Shown in pieces: positions 55,119 through 64,000 of a DNA stretch of 64,000 nt (positions are counted from its first letter, which is position 1; every line of letters starts with the position of its first letter). Origin of the DNA: an uncultured Litoreibacter sp. (GTDB lineage: Bacteria > Pseudomonadota > Alphaproteobacteria > Rhodobacterales > Rhodobacteraceae); NCBI GenBank assembly GCA_947493265.1, contig CANLQL010000003.1, positions 500,485-564,484 on the forward strand, in the 5' to 3' direction. The position numbers and the translations under genes were made by a program. Below the pieces are notes generated by a model that was given only the letters and a program-made list of their open reading frames with translations, had not been told where the DNA came from and searched no databases.

Positions 55119-56074
55119 CTATATTTCCTTTCCTCGCCTGCAGCCAAGGACAATGCAGCTGCAGGAATATCTGCAGGGGCACTCAGCGCACGGGTTGAAA
55201 TTTCCTTATCGATCCGGCGGATCATCCCAGACAGCGCCTTCCCGGCCCCGACTTCCCAGATTTCTGACACGCCTTGCGCGCCCATATAAGCCACGCTTTC
55301 GCGCCATCTAACAGACCCAGTGATCTGCTCTACCAGCAACGACCGGATCGCGTCTGGCTCCGCCACCGCCTCGGCACGCACATTGACGACCACCGGAACT
55401 TTAGGGGCCTGAATTGTCACGCCAGCCAAAGCTTCGGCCATGACATGGGCCGCAGGCTCCATCAGCGCACAATGAAACGGCGCACTGACGGGCAATAGCA
55501 TTGCCCGTTTTGCACCCTTTTCCTTTGCGATGTCCAATGCACGTTCCACCGCCTCTTTATGGCCAGAGACCACAACCTGACCGGGATCATTGTCATTGGC
55601 AGCCTGGCAAACCTGACCTTGTGCGGCTTCGGCTGCAACGGCACTCGCGCCATCGAAATCCAATCCCAGAAGCGCGGCCATCGCGCCCACACCAACAGGC
55701 ACGGCTTTTTGCATCGCCAGACCACGGGTCCGCAGCAAACGTGCCGTATCTGCAATGCTCAGCGCCCCGGAGGCCGCTAACGCAGAATACTCACCCAGCG
55801 AATGCCCCGCGACATACGAGGCCGCAGTCACATCAACGCCTTCATCCGCCAAGGCGGCCATAACGGCGAGCGATGTGGCCATCAGCGCTGGCTGCGCATT
55901 TTCCGTCAGTGTCAGCGTTTCCTGCTCCCCCTCCCAGATCAAATCCGAAAGTTTCTCCCCCAAGGCCTCATCGACCTGGTCGAAAACGGCTTTTGCGGAC
56001 GGATAGGCCTCGGCCAGATCACGCCCCATTCCGATGGTTTGCGCCCCTTGTCCTGGAAACACGAAAGCTCGCAT
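55115..56074 (-). CDS. fabD: Malonyl CoA-ACP transacylase
   Basis: FVFPGQGAQ and GHSLGEYSAL motifs. Confidence 0.95.
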   Translation of the reverse strand: MRAFVFPGQGAQTIGMGRDLAEAYPSAKAVFDQVDEALGEKLSDLIWEGEQETLTLTENAQPALMATSLAVMAALADEGVDVTAASYVAGHSLGEYSALAASGALSIADTARLLRTRGLAMQKAVPVGVGAMAALLGLDFDGASAVAAEAAQGQVCQAANDNDPGQVVVSGHKEAVERALDIAKEKGAKRAMLLPVSAPFHCALMEPAAHVMAEALAGVTIQAPKVPVVVNVRAEAVAEPDAIRSLLVEQITGSVRWRESVAYMGAQGVSEIWEVGAGKALSGMIRRIDKEISTRALSAPADIPAAALSLAAGEERKYR

Positions 56075-56216
56075 GTGAATTGCCCCTCTTGCTTGTTTTC
56101 CTTGACTTACCTAATGCAGGCCGCGCTCACAAGTTGCACAAATGATGTGCACCGCACGGGCTGGTGTTTTGGCCACGTTGCGCTAGCGTGCGTTGAAGAC
56201 AAATCAGAGGCGTCTC

Positions 56217-57419
56217 ATGCTGAAAAATACCACAACAAACTATGGCAGCGTGACCAAGGCATTTCATTGGATCACGGCCATATTGATCGTGCTCATGATC
56301 CCATTGGGAATTTACGCCAATGGGCTGGCTTATGACACGAGCGAGGCCTTGGCTTTCAAGGCGCAGATGTTTTCGCTTCATAAGACTGTTGGTGTGCTTA
56401 TTTTCTTCGTCGCATTGGCGCGTATTCTTTGGGCTCTCACGCAACCAAAACCTGCCCCACTGCACCCCGATCGCAAGGTTGAGCATCTGCTGGCCCAAAC
56501 CGTGCACTGGCTGCTTTACGCCTCGCTTATGGTGGTGCCTCTGACAGGGTGGATCCACCACGCCGCGACAACCGGATTTGCCCCGATCTGGTGGCCTTTT
56601 GGCCAGTCATTGCCGCTTGTGCCCAAAGACGACAGCGTTGCGCATGTCTTCGCGTCCCTCCATATCATTTTTGAGCGGGTCTTGGCAGCATCCCTGCTGC
56701 TTCACATTGCGGGGGCCTTGAAGCATCATTTCTTCGACCGTGACGTCACCCTGAAACGGATGTTGCCGGGCCAAACTGAAACTGGCGCACTGCCGCCACA
56801 CCCGCGCAAATCCCGCCTGCCCCTTGTGATGGCTGTTGGAACATACGGGGTGGCACTGGCCATTGGCGCGGGTTTAGGACTGTTTGATCGCCATGACGGG
56901 TCAAGCGTTATACCGGCATTGGCCACGGTAGAAACCGGATGGCAGGTCGATGAGGGCACATTAGCGATCACGATCAAGCAGTTGGGCAGTGATGTCACCG
57001 GCAGCTTTACCGACTGGACCGCCGCGATCACCTTTGATGAAACGCCAGATGCGACCGGCAAACATGGGGCCGTTGAAGTTACCATCTCGATCCCATCACT
57101 GACCTTAGGCTCGGTGACGCAACAAGCGCTTGGCGGCGATTTCTTCAACTCGGAGATTTATCCGACCGCCAATTTCACGGCTGACATTCTTGCAGATGGC
57201 GAGAATTACATCGCAGACGGAATTTTGAAGGTCCGCGGCACATCCCAGCCACTGGTGATGCCATTTAGCCTGACTTTTGACGGTGATCGCGCCGAAATGA
57301 CCGGCAACGCCACTGTAAACCGGACAAAGTTCAATATTGGGGAGGCATATCCGGACAAAACATCCGTTGGCTTCACGGTTGGAATTGACGTCTCCCTCAG
57401 CGCCACGCGACAAGAATAA
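56217..57419 (+). CDS. Cytochrome b561-family membrane domain fused to a YceI-like domain
   Basis: The ATG at 56217 is preferred over the TTG at 56193. The N-terminal half has 4 TM helices with conserved His (KAFHWITA..., HKTVG, LHHAA). The C-terminal roughly 170 aa are YceI-like (...FNSEIYPTANFTAD...LKVRG...). Confidence 0.75.
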   Translation: MLKNTTTNYGSVTKAFHWITAILIVLMIPLGIYANGLAYDTSEALAFKAQMFSLHKTVGVLIFFVALARILWALTQPKPAPLHPDRKVEHLLAQTVHWLLYASLMVVPLTGWIHHAATTGFAPIWWPFGQSLPLVPKDDSVAHVFASLHIIFERVLAASLLLHIAGALKHHFFDRDVTLKRMLPGQTETGALPPHPRKSRLPLVMAVGTYGVALAIGAGLGLFDRHDGSSVIPALATVETGWQVDEGTLAITIKQLGSDVTGSFTDWTAAITFDETPDATGKHGAVEVTISIPSLTLGSVTQQALGGDFFNSEIYPTANFTADILADGENYIADGILKVRGTSQPLVMPFSLTFDGDRAEMTGNATVNRTKFNIGEAYPDKTSVGFTVGIDVSLSATRQE

Positions 57420-57420
57420 A

Positions 57421-57447
57421 CCCGCCAGTGCAAAATACACTGACGGG
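57421..57447. terminator. Hairpin between convergent genes (possible terminator)
   Basis: CCCGCCAGTG-(7 nt)-CACTGACGGG pairs at 9 of 10 positions. TTTATTC follows on the minus strand. Confidence 0.4.
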
Positions 57448-57483
57448 CAAAGGCTGCTGGAGACAGCATAGCAGGCGCAGGCG

Positions 57484-58053
57484 CTAACTCGCCTTTTGGG
57501 CCTCAATGGAAATCACGATATTTACCTCGTCACTGACTGCCGGGGCAAACGCACCCAAACCAAAATCGCTGCGCAAAACAGTGGTCGAGGCATCGAAACC
57601 CAGCCAAGGCGCGTTCGCCATCGGGTTGATATCCGCCTTGTTCAACTTCGCATCAAGTGTAACAGGTTTGGTCACACCATTCATCGACAGATCACCAGTA
57701 ATGTTCGCCGTGTCTTCCCCGGTCACTTCGATGGCGGTGGAGGTGAAGGTTACCATGTCGTCATCTGACGCCCCAAAGAAGTCGGCGGACATGAAGTGAC
57801 CGTCACGCTGCTCCCACCCGGTGAACATCGAATTGACCGGCATAGATACAGTGACGGAGGACGCGGCGGGGTCCGCTTCGTCAAACATTATTTCGCCTTC
57901 AAATCCGGAAAACATCCCGTAAGTCGTAGAAAAGCCGAAGTGGTTGTAGTTAAAAACAATCTGACTGTGGCTCGCATCCAGTGTGTACTTATCCGCAGCA
58001 AAGCTGGAGGTTGCAGCCAAAAGGGCGGCGGCCGTCAGGGTCATCAGTTTCAT
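57484..58053 (-). CDS. YceI-family periplasmic protein
   Basis: Track ORF 57484..58131 was trimmed to the ATG at 58053. The signal peptide is MKLMTLTAAALLAATSSFA, and the YceI pattern (YTLDASHSQIVFNYNHFGFSTTYGMFSGFEG...) follows. Confidence 0.85.
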   Translation of the reverse strand: MKLMTLTAAALLAATSSFAADKYTLDASHSQIVFNYNHFGFSTTYGMFSGFEGEIMFDEADPAASSVTVSMPVNSMFTGWEQRDGHFMSADFFGASDDDMVTFTSTAIEVTGEDTANITGDLSMNGVTKPVTLDAKLNKADINPMANAPWLGFDASTTVLRSDFGLGAFAPAVSDEVNIVISIEAQKAS

Positions 58054-58167
58054 TTCATATCTCTCCAAAAATCGTGTCTGCCTAAAAGGTCGTGTTTCCT
58101 TGGCAGAAGGCAATTCAATGTTCTTCAACAAAAATTGTGCGCGAATGTTGGGGTCAACGCTTTAGGC

Positions 58168-58195
58168 TTGCACGGTTTCGCCACCCTGCTATACC
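58168..58195 (+). promoter_or_regulatory. Sigma70-like promoter candidate for rpsF-rpsR-rplI
   Basis: TTGCAC (58168-73), a 16-nt spacer, then TATACC (58190-95), about 100 nt upstream of the rpsF ATG. Confidence 0.4.
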
Positions 58196-58295
58196 CCGCC
58201 AATCTTCGCGAAGTTTTGAACCGCGGTGCCCCTCGTGGATGGGAGCGAAGATCAAGCCCGTCCTTTGAAGCACGCCTAAAAATATAGGAGACGCC

Positions 58296-58646
58296 ATGCC
58301 ACTCTATGAGCATGTGTTTATCTCGCGCCAAGATCTCAGCAACACACAAGCTGAAGGTCTGATCGAACATTTTGGTGCCGTCCTTGCGGACAATGGTGGC
58401 AAACTGGTCGAGCACGAGTACTGGGGCCTGAAAACAATGGCCTACAAGATCAACAAAAACCGCAAAGGTCACTATGCCTTCCTGCGTTCTGACAGCCCAG
58501 CCCCTGCCGTGCAGGAAATGGAGCGTCTGATGCGCCTGCATGATGACGTGATGCGCGTTCTGACCATCAAGGTCGACGAGCATGAAGAAGGCCCATCGGC
58601 CCAAATGCAAAAACGTGACGAGCGTGAACGCCGTCCGCGCAACTGA
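58296..58646 (+). CDS. rpsF: 30S ribosomal protein S6
   Basis: MPLYEHVFISRQDLS...YWGLKTMAYKINKNRKGHY. Confidence 0.95.
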   Translation: MPLYEHVFISRQDLSNTQAEGLIEHFGAVLADNGGKLVEHEYWGLKTMAYKINKNRKGHYAFLRSDSPAPAVQEMERLMRLHDDVMRVLTIKVDEHEEGPSAQMQKRDERERRPRN

Positions 58647-58666
58647 TCTTGGAAAGGACCTAACCC

Positions 58667-58894
58667 ATGGCTGCAAAACCATTTTTCCGTCGTCGTAAGT
58701 CCGATCCGTTTGAGGGCGATAACGCTCCGAAGATCGACTACAAAGACACTCGCCTGCTGCAACGCTACATCTCTGAGCGCGGCAAAATCGTTCCATCCCG
58801 TATCACGGCTGTTGGCGCGAAAAACCAGCGTGCTCTGGCACGTGCGATCAAACGCGCACGTTTCCTGGCGCTGCTGCCCTACGCTGTGAAGTGA
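58667..58894 (+). CDS. rpsR: 30S ribosomal protein S18
   Basis: ...[50 protein letters not shown]. Confidence 0.95.
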   Translation: MAAKPFFRRRKSDPFEGDNAPKIDYKDTRLLQRYISERGKIVPSRITAVGAKNQRALARAIKRARFLALLPYAVK

Positions 58895-58904
58895 GGAACG
58901 CATT

Positions 58905-59552
58905 ATGCAAGTCATCCTTCTAGAACGCGTCGCGAAACTTGGCCAAATGGGCGAAGTTGTTGACGTCAAACCGGGCTACGCTCGGAACTTCCTGCTGCCA
59001 CAAGGCAAAGCGATGAACGCAACTGACGCCAATATGGCGCAGTTCGAAACGCAAAAAGCCCAGTTGGAAGCACGCAACCTTGAGACCAAAAAAGAAGCGG
59101 AATCTTTGGCCGACAAACTGAACGGCCAGCAGTTCATCGTGATTCGTCAGGCATCTGATGCCGGCGCGCTTTACGGCTCTGTCACCACGCGTGACGCGGC
59201 TGAATCTGCAACCGCTGAAGGTTTCTCCGTTGATCGCGGGCAAGTCGCACTTGAGCGTCCGATCAAAGAACTGGGTCTTCACGACGTAACCGTGTCCCTG
59301 CACCCTGAAGTTGATGCAACATTCACACTGAACGTTGCACGCTCAGCTGAAGAAGCAGAACTGCAAGCTTCCGGCAAATCCATTCAGGAACTGGCCGCCG
59401 AAGCGGAAGCGGAAGCAGAATTCGAAATCGCTGAGTTGTTCGACGATATCGGCGCTGCAGCTGCTGAGGACGAAGACCTGGCGGAGGCTGTCGCGGAAGA
59501 CGCCCCTGCTGAAGAAGATGCATCTGAGGAAGAAACTTCCGAAGAAAGCTGA
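58905..59552 (+). CDS. rplI: 50S ribosomal protein L9 with an acidic C-terminal extension
   Basis: [36 protein letters not shown].... The C-terminal roughly 60 aa are Ala/Glu/Asp-rich. Confidence 0.95.
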   Translation: MQVILLERVAKLGQMGEVVDVKPGYARNFLLPQGKAMNATDANMAQFETQKAQLEARNLETKKEAESLADKLNGQQFIVIRQASDAGALYGSVTTRDAAESATAEGFSVDRGQVALERPIKELGLHDVTVSLHPEVDATFTLNVARSAEEAELQASGKSIQELAAEAEAEAEFEIAELFDDIGAAAAEDEDLAEAVAEDAPAEEDASEEETSEES

Positions 59553-59577
59553 TCTTTCTATCTTTCGAAAAAGATCT

Positions 59578-59611
59578 AGGCCACGGTTCGCTAACCGTGG
59601 CCTTTTTCTTT
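59578..59611 (+). terminator. Rho-independent terminator after rplI
   Basis: AGGCCACGG-(8 nt)-CCGTGGCCT followed by TTTTTCTTT. Confidence 0.75.
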
Positions 59612-59822
59612 GGCAGACGTGCAATTCCCCCGGTGCCACAACTTCGCCACGCTGGTTAAGCATTGCCCCCGGTTTCGGATACAATCGAAACTTTGCGTAA
59701 AAATTGAAGCAGTATTGCAGGCCAATATGCTCCTGAAACACCCCGTTCTCATCGTGTTTCCGCCCAATTTCAATTCTAGGTTGTGACTCGAGGTGGCGAG
59801 TAAATAGATAGAATTGGTAAAG

Positions 59823-60491
59823 ATGTTAGAAAAAATCAAAGAGATGTTTCCAGTCGCCCGGCTGGATAGCAAAACGACCCATAATGCGTTGGTTATCGCC
59901 GAGCACAAGAAAACCGGCTTGTCGCGGGACCAGTTGGGCCATCTGACTTTCGCCAGTATCTTCACAGCGATGTCGGCGGCTATTTTGCTGGTGCCAGATC
60001 AGGCAATCGGTGGGTCTGATGCCGCGCTCATTCGTCTTCTGATGCTGCCAGCTTGCGTCATATTAGCAGGTCGCCAGATGATGAAATTCTGGCACGACTG
60101 GCGCAATATCCTTTACATCGACAAGCAAAACGGTGCGCTCTGTCACTTCCAGATGAACCGTCGCGGCGTGAAAACAGGAATGCTGCGAATTTCATTCGAT
60201 GATGTGCAAAAAGTGCGCTTGTCCGGTTTGCGCGCGATTGAAAAATCGCCGTTCAAAGACACGGCACAGCTGGTCGTCGGCTACAACCAAGACCCGGGCC
60301 GATTGGTCGCCCTTCGTGGCCGCCCTGCCGAGATCTTGATTGCCCGCGATCTAATCCTTGAAGAGTTGAAAACGCAGGTCGCCCAGAACCCGAGCATTGG
60401 GACGAAGCGCAAAAAAGGCCCTGCCCGCAAAATCAAAGTGCTGATCGCAAAGACCCTCTGGTCAGTCCGCAAGTTGAACCCGCTGAATTAG
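59823..60491 (+). CDS. Hypothetical membrane protein
   Basis: The ATG at 59823 is preferred over the TTG at 59814. Two central TM helices are followed by a basic C-terminus. No family recognised. By eye, the gene and its upstream region are more AT-rich than their neighbours. Confidence 0.5.
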   Translation: MLEKIKEMFPVARLDSKTTHNALVIAEHKKTGLSRDQLGHLTFASIFTAMSAAILLVPDQAIGGSDAALIRLLMLPACVILAGRQMMKFWHDWRNILYIDKQNGALCHFQMNRRGVKTGMLRISFDDVQKVRLSGLRAIEKSPFKDTAQLVVGYNQDPGRLVALRGRPAEILIARDLILEELKTQVAQNPSIGTKRKKGPARKIKVLIAKTLWSVRKLNPLN

Positions 60492-60505
60492 CGCCATACA
60501 AAAAG

Positions 60506-60547
60506 AAAAAGGCCGCCCTGGTGTCTTATCACCGGGGCGGCCTTTTT
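60506..60547. terminator. Bidirectional intrinsic terminator between the hypothetical gene and tig
   Basis: GGCCGCCC-tGGTG-(6 nt)-CACC-gGGGCGGCC forms a long stem, flanked by an A-run (60501-10) and a T-run (60543-47). Confidence 0.7.
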
Positions 60548-60565
60548 CTATTCTAGGACAAGAAA

Positions 60566-61900
60566 TCAGGCGTCGTCTTCGAGTGCCTCAACAGCTTTTT
60601 CCAATGCTGCTTTCTTGACTGTCTTTTCTTTCACGTCTGCCAACTCAAAGATGAAATCAACGACTTTATCTTCGAAGATAGGCGCGCGCATCTGCTGTTG
60701 CATCTGCTGATTTTGTTGAACGAATTCAAAGAACTGACGTTCTTGACCAGGGTACTGACGCGCTTGGTTCATGATCGCTTGCGTCATCTCGGCGTCGGTG
60801 ACGTCGATCTCGTTCTTCTGACCAAGCTCGGCCAGCAACAGGCCCAGGCGAACACGACGTTCTGCCAAAGATTTGTGCTCGTCTGTTGGCTCAATCTCTG
60901 GATGGTCGTGACCTTCCACATCAGGATTGTCCTCGTGCCACAGCTGATGCGCAATCTGACCGGCTTCCGCATCTACCAAAGATGGCGGCAGTTCGAATGA
61001 AACAGTTTTGTCCAGCTCATCCAGCAATTTGCGTTTCATCACCGCACGGGACGCGCCGCCAAATTCCGCTTCCAGACGCTCGGAAACCTGAGCTGTCAAA
61101 GCGGCCAGATCTTCGGCACCGAATTGCTTTGCCAACTCGTCGTTAATCTCAGCCGCCGCAGGCGCTTTCACGGCCTTGACCTTGCATTCGAAGACTGCAG
61201 CTTTTCCCGCTAGGTTCGGTGCTTGGTATTCGGCTGGGAAATCAACGTTCACTTCAACATCATCACCGGCTTTTGCGCCGACCAGCTGCGCTTCAAAGCC
61301 CGGAATGAAAGAGTTTGAACCAAGAACCAGCGGATAGTCTTCCGCGGCACCACCATCGAACGCTTCACCGTCTACTTTGCCCAGGAAATCGATCACAACC
61401 TGATCGCCGTCCTTGGCTTTGGACCCTTTCTTGCGATCCTCAAAGTTCTGGGCGTTTTCTGCCAGGTTCGACAAAGCTTCCTGAACGTCCTTGTCTTCTG
61501 CTTTCACGACCAGCTTTTCGAGCTTGATGGATTTCAGGTCGACATCTGGAATGGTTGGCAGGTTTTCATATGAAACCGACACTTCAACGTCGTCGCCCTC
61601 TTTCCAATCTTCATTGGTCATTTTGATTTCTGGCTGAACCGCAGGGCGGTCGCCGCTTTCTTCAAAATGCTTGGACATTGCACCGTCGATGCTTTCTTGC
61701 ATCGCTTCGCCAAGGACCCGTGGACCGAACTGCTTTTTCAACAGCGCCATCGGGACCTTGCCCTTGCGAAAGCCTTTCATTTCAACTTCAGGCTGGGCTT
61801 CAACCAGCTTTTCATTGACTTTCTCGTCCAGCTCGGCGGCCGTCACGGTGATGGCGTAGCCGCGCTTGAGGCCTTCGTTCAGGGTCTCGGTGACCTGCAT
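60566..61900 (-). CDS. tig: Trigger factor
   Basis: 444 aa. The sequence [19 protein letters not shown]...GFRKGKVP, the FKBP domain and the C-terminal arm are all present. Confidence 0.95.
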   Translation of the reverse strand: MQVTETLNEGLKRGYAITVTAAELDEKVNEKLVEAQPEVEMKGFRKGKVPMALLKKQFGPRVLGEAMQESIDGAMSKHFEESGDRPAVQPEIKMTNEDWKEGDDVEVSVSYENLPTIPDVDLKSIKLEKLVVKAEDKDVQEALSNLAENAQNFEDRKKGSKAKDGDQVVIDFLGKVDGEAFDGGAAEDYPLVLGSNSFIPGFEAQLVGAKAGDDVEVNVDFPAEYQAPNLAGKAAVFECKVKAVKAPAAAEINDELAKQFGAEDLAALTAQVSERLEAEFGGASRAVMKRKLLDELDKTVSFELPPSLVDAEAGQIAHQLWHEDNPDVEGHDHPEIEPTDEHKSLAERRVRLGLLLAELGQKNEIDVTDAEMTQAIMNQARQYPGQERQFFEFVQQNQQMQQQMRAPIFEDKVVDFIFELADVKEKTVKKAALEKAVEALEDDA

Positions 61901-61922
61901 GTGTTTCGTCCTTTATAACTCA

Positions 61923-62007
61923 TGGTGCGGGTGAAGGGACTTGAACCCCCACGCCTTGCGGCGCCAGAACCTAAATCTGGTGCGTCTACCAATTCCGCCA
62001 CACCCGC
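61923..62007 (-). tRNA. tRNA-Leu (anticodon TAG)
   Basis: The reverse complement reads GCGGGTGTGGCGGAATTGGTAGACGCACCAGATTTAGGTTCTGGCGCCGCAAGGCGTGGGGGTTCAAGTCCCTTCACCCGCACCA. It has a 7-bp acceptor stem, the anticodon loop TT-TAG-GT, a long variable arm, the T-loop GTTCAAG and an encoded CCA. Confidence 0.9.
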
Positions 62008-62251
62008 ATATATCTCGATCGCACGAAGCAGCCCCCGCGCGTTATTCGCGCCCGTGTAGCAAAGCTGAAAGGGGGATGCGAGCCGAAAATGCTGCCAATT
62101 TTGACCGACTGGAAATTCTCCGTCATCTGACAAGGATAAAGCCCCGAATTCCGGGCGATTCCGCAAGCCTGACCCATGAATTGCCAACCCAACGTCAATT
62201 TTCTGCCCCAATTAACAGGGAAAAGGTCCCAGTTGCACAAGGGAACGACCC

Positions 62252-62764
62252 ATGACGCAGGTAGAATACGCATCTTTTTCGGCCAAACGCCGCAATGCCC
62301 CGCTGAAAATCTCCACTGGGGTGATGGCGGGTGCTCGGGTTTTGACGATGCGGGGTTATCAACCTGTAGAAGAGCTGAAAACAGGTGAAAAGATTATCAC
62401 CCGCTCTGGTATGTGCATCCTGCGTGCCCTGACGATTTCACATGTGGATTGCAAACCTTTGCGTATTTCCCATGACGCGCTGACGAAAGACCGCCCGAAT
62501 TCCGAAATGTACCTGATGCCCGGCCAGAAAGTGCTGCTGCGCGACTGGCGTGCGAAGGTAATGTTTGGCCATGACATGGTGATCGTCCCGCTTGATCGTC
62601 TCAAGGATGACGAATACATCACGCAAGACCTCACCCAACGCAGCTGCAAATTCTACAATCTGCATTTCGATGAAGAGCAGATATTCTACGCAGACGGTGT
62701 TGAATTGGTCAGCCCAGCGCTTTTTGCATCTGACAGCCGTATGCAGATGCACAGCGCCGCCTAG
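62252..62764 (+). CDS. Hint (Hedgehog/intein-like) domain protein
   Basis: 170 aa. GARVLTMRGYQPVEELKTGEKIITRSGM...LRIS..AL......LMPGQKVLL fits the Hint_2 pattern that is abundant in Rhodobacterales. Confidence 0.7.
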   Translation: MTQVEYASFSAKRRNAPLKISTGVMAGARVLTMRGYQPVEELKTGEKIITRSGMCILRALTISHVDCKPLRISHDALTKDRPNSEMYLMPGQKVLLRDWRAKVMFGHDMVIVPLDRLKDDEYITQDLTQRSCKFYNLHFDEEQIFYADGVELVSPALFASDSRMQMHSAA

Positions 62765-62998
62765 CCGACACAGCCAACGCTTATATTCTGTATCGGGTCG
62801 CCACAGGTCAGGGCGGCCTTTATTTATGCAGTTTTCTGCAATTTCAGTCGGCAGTCAGACATCCGCGATTCAATTCCGATTAATTTTTGCCCCAAATGCA
62901 CATTTTTTAATCATTTGCATTGTGCTAGGCCCGTCGGATCGTCAGCAACCCCGCTTCGCAATTGTGGAGCAAAATCGGAAATGGTCTGACACAGGTGA

Positions 62999-63361
<363 letters not shown>

Positions 63362-63430
63362 TCCTACACCCGAAGCTTTCGGCTTCGTTCTCAAATCTAG
63401 CGATCAAGTAAACAGAGAGGAAAAGGTCAC

Positions 63431-64000
63431 ATGAGCAATAAGGACGTTCTCAAGACCATCAAAGACGAAGAAGTCGAATATGTCGACATCCGCTTCACCG
63501 ACCCGCGCGGCAAGTTGCAGCACGTGACGGTGATGGCCGATCAGGTCGACGAAGATTTTCTGGAAGAAGGCTTCATGTTCGATGGCTCGTCCATTGCAGG
63601 TTGGAAGTCGATCGACCAATCCGACATGAAACTGATGCCAGACACTGGCAGCGCGTACATGGACCCTTTCTACGCTGAAAAAACCATGTGTATCCATTGT
63701 TCCATCGTGGAACCGGATACGGGCGAAGCTTACGACCGCGACCCACGCGGCACCGCAGAAAAAGCCGAAGCGTATCTGAAATCATCCGGTATCGGTGACG
63801 TGTCCTACTTCGGACCAGAAGCCGAGTTCTTCTTGTTTGACGATGTGCGTTTCTCCGTCGAAATGAACAAAGTGTCTTTCGAAGTAGATGCAGATGACGC
63901 GTCCTGGAACACTGACGCTGAGTTTGAGATGGGCAATATGGGCCACCGCCCCGGCATCAAGGGCGGGTATTTCCCGGTCAACCCAACAGACGCCGCGCAA
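63431..64000 (+). CDS. glnA: Glutamine synthetase type I (N-terminal 190 codons; continues beyond the window)
   Basis: Translation from the ATG at 63431 gives MSNKDVLKTIKDEEVEYVDIRFTDPRGKLQHVTV...FDGSSIAGWKSIDQSDMKLMPD...YFGPEAEFFLFD, open to the window end. It is absent from the track for lack of a stop. Confidence 0.95.
   Translation, partial: MSNKDVLKTIKDEEVEYVDIRFTDPRGKLQHVTVMADQVDEDFLEEGFMFDGSSIAGWKSIDQSDMKLMPDTGSAYMDPFYAEKTMCIHCSIVEPDTGEAYDRDPRGTAEKAEAYLKSSGIGDVSYFGPEAEFFLFDDVRFSVEMNKVSFEVDADDASWNTDAEFEMGNMGHRPGIKGGYFPVNPTDAAQ

Noticed and set aside
62827-62921. Palindromes upstream of glnB (TGCAG-TTTT-CTGCA at 62827-40; AATGCA-N15-TGCATT at 62895-921) as NtrC sites or a sigma-54 promoter.
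   Set aside because: The spacing and sequence do not match the enterobacterial TGCACC-N5-GGTGCA consensus. No GG-N10-GC (-24/-12) element is evident, and I cannot recall a reliable Rhodobacterales NtrC consensus to test against.

Overview
Chromosomal segment from an alphaproteobacterium, most likely Rhodobacterales (roseobacter group); this is inferred from gene content only. The dominant feature is a complete RcGTA-type gene transfer agent (GTA) head-tail cluster on the minus strand (about 35.1-50.1 kb). It runs from small terminase to host-specificity protein, with two further translationally coupled ORFs downstream, and no integrase, replication or lysis genes are visible in the window. 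A perfect CtrA box (TTAA-N7-TTAAC) sits upstream of the first GTA gene. Three more canonical TTAA-N7-TTAA boxes lie upstream of an orphan small protein, a sensor histidine kinase and an EAL-domain gene. The rest is core metabolism and housekeeping. On the minus strand there is a tight DUF2182-DUF1326-DinB operon ending in a DmdA-like gene, divergent from a GntR regulator. A circularly permuted two-piece tmRNA (tag ANDNKAPMALAA) lies directly upstream of sspB. Further genes include fumC, a cytochrome P450 operon, a TusA-like gene, an indolepyruvate ferredoxin oxidoreductase with a LysR regulator, purL, bolA and grxD. A central-carbon block (tkt, two gap paralogues, pgk, class I fba) shares a LacI-type palindrome, TGTTAnCGnTAACA. 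The remaining genes are ftsB-pdhABC, cysE, mltG-fabF/acpP-fabG-fabD, a cytochrome b561/YceI pair, rpsF-rpsR-rplI, tig, tRNA-Leu(TAG), a Hint-domain protein and glnB-glnA. One compact candidate sRNA is proposed at about 15373-15442 (promoter, hairpin, CCUCCC motif, terminator). No CRISPR arrays, IS elements, transposases or rRNA genes were seen. All calls rest on reading the sequence and ORF track by eye and on remembered family signatures; no searches were run.
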